Shown one piece after another: positions 20,622-29,964 of a stretch of 51,194 bases of DNA. Location: positions 1 to 51,194 of the forward strand of contig JAAEPJ010000005.1 of NCBI GenBank assembly GCA_024222485.1. Reading direction: 5' to 3'. Every line of letters begins with the position of its first letter. Positions within the stretch are counted from its first letter, which is position 1. A program made the translations under genes and the position numbers. The notes under the pieces are model-generated. The model was not told the origin of the DNA, ran no database searches, and saw only the letters and a program-made list of their open reading frames with translations. The stretch is from a bacterium (GTDB lineage: Bacteria; RUG730; JAAEPJ01).

Positions 20622-21488
20622 ATGGGGTTGAAAAAAATAGTTATTGTTACTGGGGTTTCAGGTGCTGGAAAAACAACGACATTGCAGTGTTTAGAGGATA
20701 TTGGTTATTTATGTATAGATAATATTCCTCTTTATTTTATATCGCAAATTTTAGCGACATTTACAGCGACTAAGAATGAACTTGAGAAAATTGCTTTTGG
20801 TGTGAATATCTTAGAACCGTATTTGATAGATCATTTTGAGGCTGTTCTTGAAACATTGAACTCTCAAGATTATATTTTTAAGGTAATTTTTTTGGATGCT
20901 GATGATCAAGTTATTTTAAGAAGGTTTTCTGAGACTAGGCGCCGACATCCCCTAAATAAGGAAAATCAAAAAACGACTGTTTTGAGTAATATCCTAGAAG
21001 AGCGCGATTTGCTTGAGGCAATTAAGGATAAGGCGGATAAGGTTATTAATTCTTCTAATCTTAATGCTCAGAAGTTGAAAGAAATGATTAAACACCTTTT
21101 TTTAACAGATAAAAATAGTTTAATGATTAATCTTGTTTCTTTTGGCTTTAAGTATGGTGTTCCTTTAGATAGTGATATGACTTTTGATGTTAGATTTCTT
21201 GCTAACCCTTATTATGATCCAGTATTAAAGCCATTAACGGGTAATGACCCAAAGATCCAAAATTTTGTGATGGAGACTCAAGCAGCCCAAACTTTTTTTA
21301 ATAAATTAAAAGATTTGTTTGATTTTTTAATTCCTGAGTTTGAAAAAGAAGGGAAAACATATTTAACTATCGGCATCGGCTGTACAGGTGGCAAGCATCG
21401 TTCCGTTACCATTTTAAATCAGCTAAAGGATTATATGCATTCCAAAGGCTTTAATGTTGGTGTTGTCCATCGTGATATTTTAAAGTAA
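20622..21488 (+). CDS. rapZ: RNase adaptor protein RapZ (YhbJ/YvcJ), P-loop NTPase
   Basis: 288 aa. Walker A VTGVSGAGKTT and C-terminal GCTGGKHRS. Confidence 0.85.
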   Translation: MGLKKIVIVTGVSGAGKTTTLQCLEDIGYLCIDNIPLYFISQILATFTATKNELEKIAFGVNILEPYLIDHFEAVLETLNSQDYIFKVIFLDADDQVILRRFSETRRRHPLNKENQKTTVLSNILEERDLLEAIKDKADKVINSSNLNAQKLKEMIKHLFLTDKNSLMINLVSFGFKYGVPLDSDMTFDVRFLANPYYDPVLKPLTGNDPKIQNFVMETQAAQTFFNKLKDLFDFLIPEFEKEGKTYLTIGIGCTGGKHRSVTILNQLKDYMHSKGFNVGVVHRDILK

Positions 21489-21538
21489 AGTCTTTAGGGT
21501 TCTTCTTTAGTGTAAACTGGATCAATAAAAATATAAAT

Positions 21539-22522
21539 ATGAAAAAAAATGAAGCTTTTAAAAGGTTGAAAATAGTTTTAATCGGTGGTGGGACAGGTCT
21601 TTCAACAATTATTAAAGGATTGAAAAAATTTAATAGTAATATTTCTGCAATTGTCACAGTAACTGATGATGGGGGCAGTTCTGGTCGTTTGCGTAAGGAG
21701 TATGATATTATTCCTCCGGGAGATTTAAGGAACTGTTTGGTTGCACTTGCAGAAGAAGATAATATTCTGTCAGAGCTTTTTTCTTACCGTTTTGGAGGCA
21801 GTGGTGAAATTGCAGGACATAGTTTTGGTAATCTTTTTTTAATGGCAATGTCAGATATTTGTGGAGGGTTTGAAAAAGGGATTACGGAAGTCAGTAAGAT
21901 TTTAGCTTCTAAAGGAGAGGTTATTCCTTCTACTTTTTCTACGGTACACTTAGTTGCTCAAGATGAGCATAGTAATATTTTAAGAGGGGAGACGGAGATT
22001 AGTTCTCTTAAAGGCTCAATTAGAAGGTTAGAAATAGAGCCAAATGATGTTGATTCAGCACCGCAGGCTTTGACTGCTATTAACAATGCGGATCTTGTTA
22101 TTTTAGGTCCTGGAAGTTTTTATACGAGTGTTGTTTCAAATTTATTAGTTCCTGATATTACAAAGGTTTTAAAAAAATCCACTGCTAAGAAAATTTTTAT
22201 TTGTAATATAATGTCACAACCAGGAGAAACAGCGGGGTATAGAGCCGAGGAGTATCTATACATTTTAAAAGACTATATTGGAGAAAATATTATAGATTAT
22301 ATTTTCATTAATAATGGGGAGATATCTCCAGATTTGTTAAAAAAATACAAAAGTCAAAATTCATACCCTGTACAGTTTAATGACCAAGGAGGTATTAAAT
22401 TTTTACCGCAAACGAAAACAATAATTGCAGATTTTTTTGGTCAGGAACATTCACAGGATTCACTTTTTGCTCGTCATGATCCTGAAAAATTAGCAAAAAA
22501 AATAGTGGAAATTTCTATTTAA
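21539..22522 (+). CDS. yvcK: YvcK / gluconeogenesis factor (UPF0052, CofD-like)
   Basis: 327 aa. IVLIGGGTGLST and VTDDGGSSG motifs. Confidence 0.8.
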   Translation: MKKNEAFKRLKIVLIGGGTGLSTIIKGLKKFNSNISAIVTVTDDGGSSGRLRKEYDIIPPGDLRNCLVALAEEDNILSELFSYRFGGSGEIAGHSFGNLFLMAMSDICGGFEKGITEVSKILASKGEVIPSTFSTVHLVAQDEHSNILRGETEISSLKGSIRRLEIEPNDVDSAPQALTAINNADLVILGPGSFYTSVVSNLLVPDITKVLKKSTAKKIFICNIMSQPGETAGYRAEEYLYILKDYIGENIIDYIFINNGEISPDLLKKYKSQNSYPVQFNDQGGIKFLPQTKTIIADFFGQEHSQDSLFARHDPEKLAKKIVEISI

Positions 22523-22621
22523 GCTGTAAGATTTAAATAGCTTGAGTAACTGCAAAAGTTTATTCAGAAGATGTTGTGTTTTTAGGTAACACTTCCCAGA
22601 GAATTTGATATTATCTAAGGG

Positions 22622-23044
22622 ATGAAAATGTCAATAGCAATTTTATTAATATGTCATCGGCAAATGGCTACTTATTTGAAAGATACAGCCGTCAATTTAA
22701 GTGGGGTTCAAAAAAATTTTGAAACGATTGGGGTTTTACCGATTGATGGAATCGAAAGTACCATGGATAAAATTACATTATCTTTAACAAAAATAGATAG
22801 TCATATTAAAAATATTTTAGTTTTTGTTGATATTTTTGGTGGAACTCCTTGTAATGCTGCAGCTAAGTTTTTCAGAGGTAAAACAAATATTACAACGGAT
22901 ATCATTACAGGTGTTAACCTGCCTATGATTTTGATTGCAATAGCCATTCGTGGGAATGCTAAAAACTTTGGTGAGTTTTTAGGCAGTGTTAAGGAAGAAG
23001 CAAAGAAAAATATTATTAGTTTGAAAGATTTGAACTTGCTATAG
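22622..23044 (+). CDS. PTS mannose/sorbose-family EIIA component
   Basis: 140 aa. His-10 in ILLICHRQM, as in EIIA-Man. Confidence 0.75.
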   Translation: MKMSIAILLICHRQMATYLKDTAVNLSGVQKNFETIGVLPIDGIESTMDKITLSLTKIDSHIKNILVFVDIFGGTPCNAAAKFFRGKTNITTDIITGVNLPMILIAIAIRGNAKNFGEFLGSVKEEAKKNIISLKDLNLL

Positions 23045-23052
23045 GAGCAAAT

Positions 23053-23559
23053 ATGAGCATTGTTTTATTTAGAATTGATGATCGGTTAATTCATGGACAG
23101 GTTGTTGAGGGTTGGCTTAATTATATTGATGTAGATATTCTTTTGTTAGCAAATGATACCGTTGCAAACGATGTGATGCAGAGAACCTTAATGGAGATGG
23201 CTATTCCTCAAGAAATTGAAATATTTATAGACAGTGTGAACAATATTATTAAAGTATACAGTAAGTTAGATCTAAAAAATAAAAATATTATGATATTGGT
23301 TGCTTCGCCTAAAGATGCATACCGGCTGGTAGATGCAGGGATTTATTTGCCTTCTATTAATGTTGGGGGAATCCACTTTTCTTCTGGTAAGGCTCAAATT
23401 TTAGAATTTATCTCCGTAGATGAAAATGATTGTAAATATTTTCATTTGCTTAGTGATAAAGGTGTGAAATTAGATGGCAGACCCCTTCCATCCTCTGAAA
23501 AGATTGATATTTTGAAAGATGTTTGTAGGTATGAAAGTATTAAAGGATCTGAGAAATGA
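23053..23559 (+). CDS. PTS mannose/sorbose-family EIIB component
   Basis: 168 aa. RIDDRLIHGQV carries the phospho-His-15 signature of EIIB-Man. Confidence 0.8.
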   Translation: MSIVLFRIDDRLIHGQVVEGWLNYIDVDILLLANDTVANDVMQRTLMEMAIPQEIEIFIDSVNNIIKVYSKLDLKNKNIMILVASPKDAYRLVDAGIYLPSINVGGIHFSSGKAQILEFISVDENDCKYFHLLSDKGVKLDGRPLPSSEKIDILKDVCRYESIKGSEK

Positions 23560-24212
23560 TAACGACTTTGCTTTTTATTAGTTTGCTAGGTTCATTTTTG
23601 AGCTTAGATAATAGCTTAGTTGGCAATATTATGGTTTCAAGACCAATTGTGGTAGGACCTCTTATTGGATTGATAATAGGGGATTTAAATTTAGGTATTG
23701 AAATTGGATTTTTAATGGAATTTTTATGGGCTGATCTTTTATATGCAGGTACGGCAATTCCGATTAATTTGACTTTGTTTACAACAATTATTTTGGGTGC
23801 AAGTTATATATTACCACACTATGATGAGTCCTTTACTATGTTTATAATTTTGCTTACTATCCCTATGATTTTTATTTGCAGACAAATTGAGATAGGATTA
23901 AGATTATTTAATTCATTCATTGCGAATAAGTTAGAGGTCCTGATTATTAGGAATAAACAGTATAAGCGTGTTTATTTTTCTTTATTTCATGGTTTGTTTA
24001 TTTTTGTATTTGTAAATTTTATTTTAATTTTTGTTTGCATTACTTTAACATCTCAGTTAGCGAAGATATTATATTTGAGATTAGATATAAAGTTTATTAA
24101 GGCCCTCAGTTTAACATATAATGCTTTGCCTATTATTGGTTTCTTTGTTTTGTTGCATATTTTTACGCATAATTTTAAAACTGTTTTTAGAAATTTATTT
24201 AATAAAAATTAG
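23556..24212 (+). CDS. PTS mannose-family EIIC component (ManY-like)
   Basis: 218 aa, polytopic. The N-terminus resembles the ManY start. Confidence 0.7.
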   Translation: MITTLLFISLLGSFLSLDNSLVGNIMVSRPIVVGPLIGLIIGDLNLGIEIGFLMEFLWADLLYAGTAIPINLTLFTTIILGASYILPHYDESFTMFIILLTIPMIFICRQIEIGLRLFNSFIANKLEVLIIRNKQYKRVYFSLFHGLFIFVFVNFILIFVCITLTSQLAKILYLRLDIKFIKALSLTYNALPIIGFFVLLHIFTHNFKTVFRNLFNKN

Positions 24213-24254
24213 AGGGATTATTTTAGGTTTTTCTCTTTAAAAATGGAATAGGAA

Positions 24255-25028
24255 ATGTTAACAAAAAGAACATTAATACGAACGGCGATTAAAAGTTTTT
24301 TTATTCAAGCACTGTGGAACTTTGAAAAAATGCAAAATATTGGCATGATGTTCGTTTTGATGCATCCTCTCAGTAAGATTTACCGAGGTGATGCTCAAGG
24401 ATACCATAATGCGCTTAAAAGGCATTTAGATTTTTTTAATATTCATCCGTATATGGCAAATATTGTTATAGGTGTTGTTCTTGGTCTAGAAGAGCGGGTA
24501 AGCTTAAATAATGAAGATTTGGAAGCTGAGATTAATACTGTAAAGTCTACTATGGCAGGACCACTTTCTGCGATTGGAGATTCATTTTTTTGGGGGTTAT
24601 GGCGACCTGTTGTTACACTTTTAGTTTGTTTAGCATATTTTTTATTTTTCAATGTTAATGACTATAGTTTAGCAGGCACACTTTTTATTGTTTTTGGTTT
24701 TTTGGTAATTTATAACATCCCTCATATTATTTTAAGGTTTAAGGCTTTAAGAGTTGCCTATAGACAGGGTACCAGTGTCATTGTGTACATTAAGAAATGG
24801 CAGGATTTCAAGATAGAAGCTAAATTAAAATTATTAGGTTTTTTGTTGCTTTTAGGAATATTTGTGATATTCTTAATAAGAGCCAGACTAACCTTGCTTG
24901 AGTTTGGAAAGCTTTTGGCGATTTTTTTAGTTGTGGAAATTTTAAAACATAAGAAAGCTTCAACAGTTAAAATTATAATTTCAGTTTTATGTGTGTTTAT
25001 TTTATTGGCATATTTAAAGGTAGTATAA
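24255..25028 (+). CDS. PTS mannose-family EIID component (ManZ-like)
   Basis: 257 aa. ...ALWNFEKMQNIGMMFVLMHPL...RHLDFFNIHPYMANIVIGVVLGLEER matches the ManZ N-terminal amphipathic region. Confidence 0.75.
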   Translation: MLTKRTLIRTAIKSFFIQALWNFEKMQNIGMMFVLMHPLSKIYRGDAQGYHNALKRHLDFFNIHPYMANIVIGVVLGLEERVSLNNEDLEAEINTVKSTMAGPLSAIGDSFFWGLWRPVVTLLVCLAYFLFFNVNDYSLAGTLFIVFGFLVIYNIPHIILRFKALRVAYRQGTSVIVYIKKWQDFKIEAKLKLLGFLLLLGIFVIFLIRARLTLLEFGKLLAIFLVVEILKHKKASTVKIIISVLCVFILLAYLKVV

Positions 25029-25295
25029 ATGATTATAAGAGAGTTAATAATACAAAATAAGTTGGGTATTCATGCAAGACCTGCATCATTATTAGTACAA
25101 ATGGCAAACAAATTTGATGCTGAGATCACTATTGTTAAGCAGGGCAAGGAGATCAATGCAAAAAGTATTTTAGGCGTTATGATGCTCGCTGCAGAATGTG
25201 GTTCTACTATTAAATTTGTGGTAAAAGGTGTTGATGAAATGGTCGCAATTTCAGAATTAGAAAGCTTAGTAAATAATAAATTTAATGAAGATTAA
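25029..25295 (+). CDS. ptsH: Phosphocarrier protein HPr
   Basis: 88 aa. GIHARPAS (His-15) and AKSILGVMML (Ser-46) are both present. Confidence 0.85.
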   Translation: MIIRELIIQNKLGIHARPASLLVQMANKFDAEITIVKQGKEINAKSILGVMMLAAECGSTIKFVVKGVDEMVAISELESLVNNKFNED

Positions 25296-25430
25296 TTTTT
25301 TTGATATTCTAGATAGAGAGTCCCTTTTTAATTTAGCTACGGGGTATTTTATAGCAATCTAACTGGTTCACTGAGCGAATTTTAACATGTATCTTATTAA
25401 GTCTGCAAAATAAAAAAAGGCAAAAGAACA

Positions 25431-27140
25431 ATGATAAAAAATGGTATTCCGGCATCTCCAGGTGTAATTTTTGGTAGAGCATATATCTTTAATACAAAAG
25501 CATATCGCAAAAATATTATTAAGAGAACATTGTCAGATACTGAGATTAAGGCTGAAATTCAAAGATTTGAAGTAGCGATTGAGAAAACTAAGAAAGAACT
25601 GAAAGCAGTACATAAACGCGTTTTAATGGAGATTGGGGAAAAACATGCTAGCCTTTTTTATGCTTATACTTTAATTTTGGAAGATAGGCTTTTCAAAGAA
25701 GGAATTATTTCTAATATTGAACAGGGAATGAATGCTGAATATGCTTTACAGAAAGTTGTAATTAATATTGAGAAGACATTTAGCAATATTGAAGATGTTT
25801 ATCTGAAAGAACGAGAGAGAGATATTGAAGATGTTGTGGCTAAAATTGTAAATAACTTAAATGCTTCTGTAGAACAAGCTACAAGAAATATTAAACCTGG
25901 TTCAATTATTATTGCACACAAGCTTACTCCTGCTGATACTATGTCAATGAAAGGGCAAAATACTTTAGCATTCTTGACTGATATTGGAGGAAGAACTTCT
26001 CATACTTCTATTTTTGCTCAAGCATTACAGATTCCTGCTGTTGTTGGTATGCATAATATTACAGAAGTGGTTAATGAGGGGGATTTTTTAATTGTTGATG
26101 GTTATAAGGGCATAGTTGTTATTAATCCTTCTGAGGATGAAGTCTTAAACTATAAACAAGAAAAAGCGCGTTTGGAAGACCTTGATCGTGAGCTCGATAA
26201 GCTCCGCAATATTCCTGCTACGACTAAGGATGGTCTGGAGATTAAGTTACAGGCAAATATTGAGATTCCAGAGGAGATTGATACTGTTTTAATGCATGGT
26301 TCTAGGGGGGTTGGTCTTTACAGAACAGAGTTTTTATACTTAAATCATGAAGAGTTTCCTAAAGAAGAAGAACAGTTTGATAGATATAAATATGTTGTAG
26401 AAAGAATGATGCCATACTCTGTTACAATTAGAACGATGGATTTGGGTGGAGATAAATTTTTAGAGAAAATAGAAGGGTTGAATGAGCGAAATCCATTTTT
26501 AGGGTTGAGAGGCATACGCTTTTCTTTGAAATACAAAGATATTTTTAAAACGCAGTTAAGGGCTATTTTAAGAGCCAGTGCTTTTGGTAAAATAAAAATT
26601 ATGTATCCTATGATTTGTTCGTTAGAGGAGTTTTTGGAGGCAAATGAGGTTTTAGAAGAAGTGAAAGATGAACTTAACCAAAAAAATATTGTTTTTGATA
26701 AGAACATGGAAGTAGGTGCGATGATTGAGGTCCCTTCCGCCGTTTGTACGGTTGATATTATCTCAGAGTATGCTGATTTTTTTAGCATAGGGACGAATGA
26801 TTTAATTCAGTATTCTTTTGCTGTTGATCGAGCGAATGAGAATGTTTCGGATCTTTATAAACCTCATCATATAGCAATATTGAGAATGCTTAAAATTGCT
26901 AAGGATAAGTTAGAGAATAAAGAAGTTAGTATTTGTGGTGAAATTTCTTCAGATATGAAATTGGTTAAAGTTTTGATTGGCTTAGGTTTTAAAAGTTTAA
27001 GTATGAATGCTGCATTTATACCTAAAATTAAAGAAGTAATTATTAATACAACTTATCAAGATTGTCAGGATCTTGCTAAAAAAGCTTTGAATGCTAAGTC
27101 TGAAAAGGAAGTTTTAGATCTTTTGACATTTCAAGTTTAA
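25431..27140 (+). CDS. ptsI: Phosphoenolpyruvate-protein phosphotransferase (PTS Enzyme I)
   Basis: 569 aa. GGRTSHTSIFAQAL (the His-189 region) and the C-terminal PEP-utilising domain. Confidence 0.9.
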   Translation: MIKNGIPASPGVIFGRAYIFNTKAYRKNIIKRTLSDTEIKAEIQRFEVAIEKTKKELKAVHKRVLMEIGEKHASLFYAYTLILEDRLFKEGIISNIEQGMNAEYALQKVVINIEKTFSNIEDVYLKERERDIEDVVAKIVNNLNASVEQATRNIKPGSIIIAHKLTPADTMSMKGQNTLAFLTDIGGRTSHTSIFAQALQIPAVVGMHNITEVVNEGDFLIVDGYKGIVVINPSEDEVLNYKQEKARLEDLDRELDKLRNIPATTKDGLEIKLQANIEIPEEIDTVLMHGSRGVGLYRTEFLYLNHEEFPKEEEQFDRYKYVVERMMPYSVTIRTMDLGGDKFLEKIEGLNERNPFLGLRGIRFSLKYKDIFKTQLRAILRASAFGKIKIMYPMICSLEEFLEANEVLEEVKDELNQKNIVFDKNMEVGAMIEVPSAVCTVDIISEYADFFSIGTNDLIQYSFAVDRANENVSDLYKPHHIAILRMLKIAKDKLENKEVSICGEISSDMKLVKVLIGLGFKSLSMNAAFIPKIKEVIINTTYQDCQDLAKKALNAKSEKEVLDLLTFQV

Positions 27141-27334
27141 GTGTGAAAAATAGTTCAATTTAATATGCCTTAAGATATTATATTAGTTTGTAAAATTGAA
27201 ATTTTATAAACTTAACTTTAACTATTTTTGTTTTTTTAGTAAGATATCGCACGATATAAGTACGATTTATATGCACACTATTAATATTGAAATAAAGTAT
27301 ACTATACTAATTGGGATAAAATTAAAATATTAAA

Positions 27335-29143
27335 ATGAATATAAAAAATATAAGAAATTTTTCTATTATAGCACATATTGATCATGGGAAATCAACGATT
27401 GCAGATAGAATATTAGAGCTTACAGAAACAGTTTCTGTAAGAAAAATGAAAGAGCAGTTATTAGATGATATGGAATTGGAACGCGAACGAGGGATTACGA
27501 TTAAAGCTAAATCTGTTCGTATTAACTACAAGCATTCAAATGGTGAAACCTATATTTTAAATCTCATTGATACTCCGGGGCATGTTGATTTTTCATATGA
27601 AGTCGCAAAGGCAATGCAAGCATGTGAAGGCGTTCTTTTAGTCGTAGACGCTTCCCAGGGAATTGAAGCTCAGACCTTTGCTAATATGCATCTTGCTGAG
27701 AGCAATAACCTTACAATTATTCCTGTTTTAAATAAAATTGATTTGCCTAATGCAGATGTAGACAATGTCACTAAACAAATAGATGAAAATTTTTTAATAG
27801 CGATAGAACCACTTGCTGTTAGTGGTAAAAGTGGGGAAGGAATTTCTAGTGTTTTAGAGGCTATTATTGAATATATCCCTTGTCCTATTGGTGATGAAAA
27901 AAAAGTTGTAAAAGCTTTGATTATTGATTCAATCTATGACCCTTATAAAGGGGTGATTATTTATATTAGGATGGTTGATGGGAATCTATCACTAGGAAGT
28001 AAGATTAAAATGATGGCTACATCTGACAAGTATGAAATTTTAGAGTTGGGCTACCTTGGTGTTGAGCTAACTCCGAGCACTGAATTAAAGGCTGGGGAGG
28101 TGGGATATGTCATTGCTAATATTAAAGATATTCACTCAGTCAAAATTGGTGATACTATCACTGATGTAAAAGCGAATCTATTAAACCCTTTGCCGGGGTA
28201 TAAAGATGTTCAACCTTTTGTCTTTGTTGGGCTTTATCCTCTTCAAACAACTGACTATGACCCTTTGCGCCAAGCATTGGAAAAGCTGCGTTTAAATGAC
28301 TCTTCATTTGTCTACCAACCGGAGACTTCTAATGCTTTAGGTTTTGGTTTTAGGTGTGGGTTTTTAGGTCTTTTACATATGGAAATTATTACGGAACGAT
28401 TAAAGCGTGAGTATGGGATTGATCTTTTAGTTACATCTCCAAATGTTATTTATCGGGTTGTTAACTTTGATGATTCTAGTTATGAAATTGATAACCCATC
28501 ATTACTTCCTGAAAAACGCGGATTCAAAGAAGTTCAAGAACCATTTATTGAGGCGACTATTATTTTACCCTCAGAGATGACAGGTAGTATTATTAAGATT
28601 TGTCAAGAGAAGCGTGGTATTCAAAAAGATATGAGTTATTTGGGCGCGACAAAAATAGTTTTAACCTATGAGTTACCTCTTGCAGAAATTTTGTATGATT
28701 TTTATGATAAACTGAAATCTATTTCTAAAGGACACGCTTCGTTTGATTATGAATATATTGGATATAGAAAGTCAGACTTAGTAAAACTAGAAATTTTGGT
28801 TCACAATGAAGAATTGGATGCTTTAGCTTTTATGTGCCATAAAGAGAATGCTTACTTCCAAAGTAAAGCTTTAATAGAGAGGCTTCGAAAAATTATCCCA
28901 CGACAAATGTTTGAAGTCCCCTTACAGGCGTGTGTCAATGGTAAAATTATTGTGCGTGAAAATATTCGTGCGGTTAGAAAAGATGTAACAGCTAAGTGTT
29001 ATGGTGGTGATATTTCAAGGAAACGAAAACTTTTAGAAAAACAAAAAGAAGGCAAAAAGAAGATGAAACAAATTGGGAGGATTTCAATTCCTCAAGAAGC
29101 CTTTAGTGCTGTTCTTTCTTTGGATGAGGATCAAAAAAAATGA
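27335..29143 (+). CDS. lepA: Elongation factor 4 (LepA)
   Basis: 602 aa. AHIDHGKST, DTPGHVDF and NKID GTPase motifs, plus the LepA C-terminal domain. Confidence 0.9.
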   Translation: MNIKNIRNFSIIAHIDHGKSTIADRILELTETVSVRKMKEQLLDDMELERERGITIKAKSVRINYKHSNGETYILNLIDTPGHVDFSYEVAKAMQACEGVLLVVDASQGIEAQTFANMHLAESNNLTIIPVLNKIDLPNADVDNVTKQIDENFLIAIEPLAVSGKSGEGISSVLEAIIEYIPCPIGDEKKVVKALIIDSIYDPYKGVIIYIRMVDGNLSLGSKIKMMATSDKYEILELGYLGVELTPSTELKAGEVGYVIANIKDIHSVKIGDTITDVKANLLNPLPGYKDVQPFVFVGLYPLQTTDYDPLRQALEKLRLNDSSFVYQPETSNALGFGFRCGFLGLLHMEIITERLKREYGIDLLVTSPNVIYRVVNFDDSSYEIDNPSLLPEKRGFKEVQEPFIEATIILPSEMTGSIIKICQEKRGIQKDMSYLGATKIVLTYELPLAEILYDFYDKLKSISKGHASFDYEYIGYRKSDLVKLEILVHNEELDALAFMCHKENAYFQSKALIERLRKIIPRQMFEVPLQACVNGKIIVRENIRAVRKDVTAKCYGGDISRKRKLLEKQKEGKKKMKQIGRISIPQEAFSAVLSLDEDQKK

Positions 29144-29868
29144 TTTTAGAACAATTTAATATGGAGCAAAAAGTTGCAATAATTGCGGTTATTTTAATCG
29201 TTGCTAAGTTTATTTTACACTTTATTTTGCATAGAAACCCAGATAGTGATATTTTACTGGAGATTCTAGATTGGGTTAAAACTGCTATTTCGGCTTTATG
29301 GATTGCATTTTTAGTTATGTATTTTATTATGCAGGCTTTTAAAATTCCTTCGGGGTCAATGCTTAATACTTTACTAATTAAAGATAATCTTTTTGTTAAT
29401 AAATTTGTTTATGGTACAAGACTTCCCTGTGTAACTTTCTCGCCACTTACGATCAAAATGAATCGTGTCATGAAAAAGCGTAGCCCTCAAAGAGGGGAGG
29501 TTGTCGTTTTCGCATTTCCTCAAGATACTTCTAAAGATTATGTTAAACGATGTGTTGGCTTGCCTGGTGATAAAATAGAGATTCGTGATAAGATTCTTTT
29601 TGTTAATGATGAGAAACAATATGAACCATATGTTATCTATAAAGATACTAATAACTACCCAAATGATCTAGATTTTTTGCCAAAAAGTTTGCGTAATCGT
29701 GATAATTTTGGACCTATAATTGTCCCTGAAGATAGTTACTTTGTCCTTGGGGATAACCGTGATCAGAGTTATGATTCACGGTTTTGGGGTTCTTTGCATT
29801 CGGACTACCTTAAAGGTAAAGCTGTTTTTATTTACTGGCCTTTAAGAAGGATAGGTGTAATTAAATAG
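29140..29868 (+). CDS. lepB: Signal peptidase I
   Basis: IPSGSM (Ser nucleophile), KRCVGLPGD (Lys) and GDNRDQSYDSRFWG boxes. Overlaps the lepA stop (ATGA). Confidence 0.85.
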   Translation: MILEQFNMEQKVAIIAVILIVAKFILHFILHRNPDSDILLEILDWVKTAISALWIAFLVMYFIMQAFKIPSGSMLNTLLIKDNLFVNKFVYGTRLPCVTFSPLTIKMNRVMKKRSPQRGEVVVFAFPQDTSKDYVKRCVGLPGDKIEIRDKILFVNDEKQYEPYVIYKDTNNYPNDLDFLPKSLRNRDNFGPIIVPEDSYFVLGDNRDQSYDSRFWGSLHSDYLKGKAVFIYWPLRRIGVIK

Positions 29869-29964
29869 TGCTTTCCTTTGATGTATCTTAATTATAGTTA
29901 TATACTTAAAAAGAATCATTTTTTCTATTATTAGTTTCTTCAACAAAATTAGTTTAACTATTAG

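Noticed and set aside
26345-26788. 147-aa antisense ORF within ptsI, plus similar antisense ORFs in rpsB (45686-46160), tsf (46501-46834), acrB (818-1765) and ppdK (30572-30769, 31591-31779)
   Set aside because: Each is fully embedded in a well-supported conserved gene on the other strand. None has a ribosome-binding site or a recognisable motif. They are treated as spurious.
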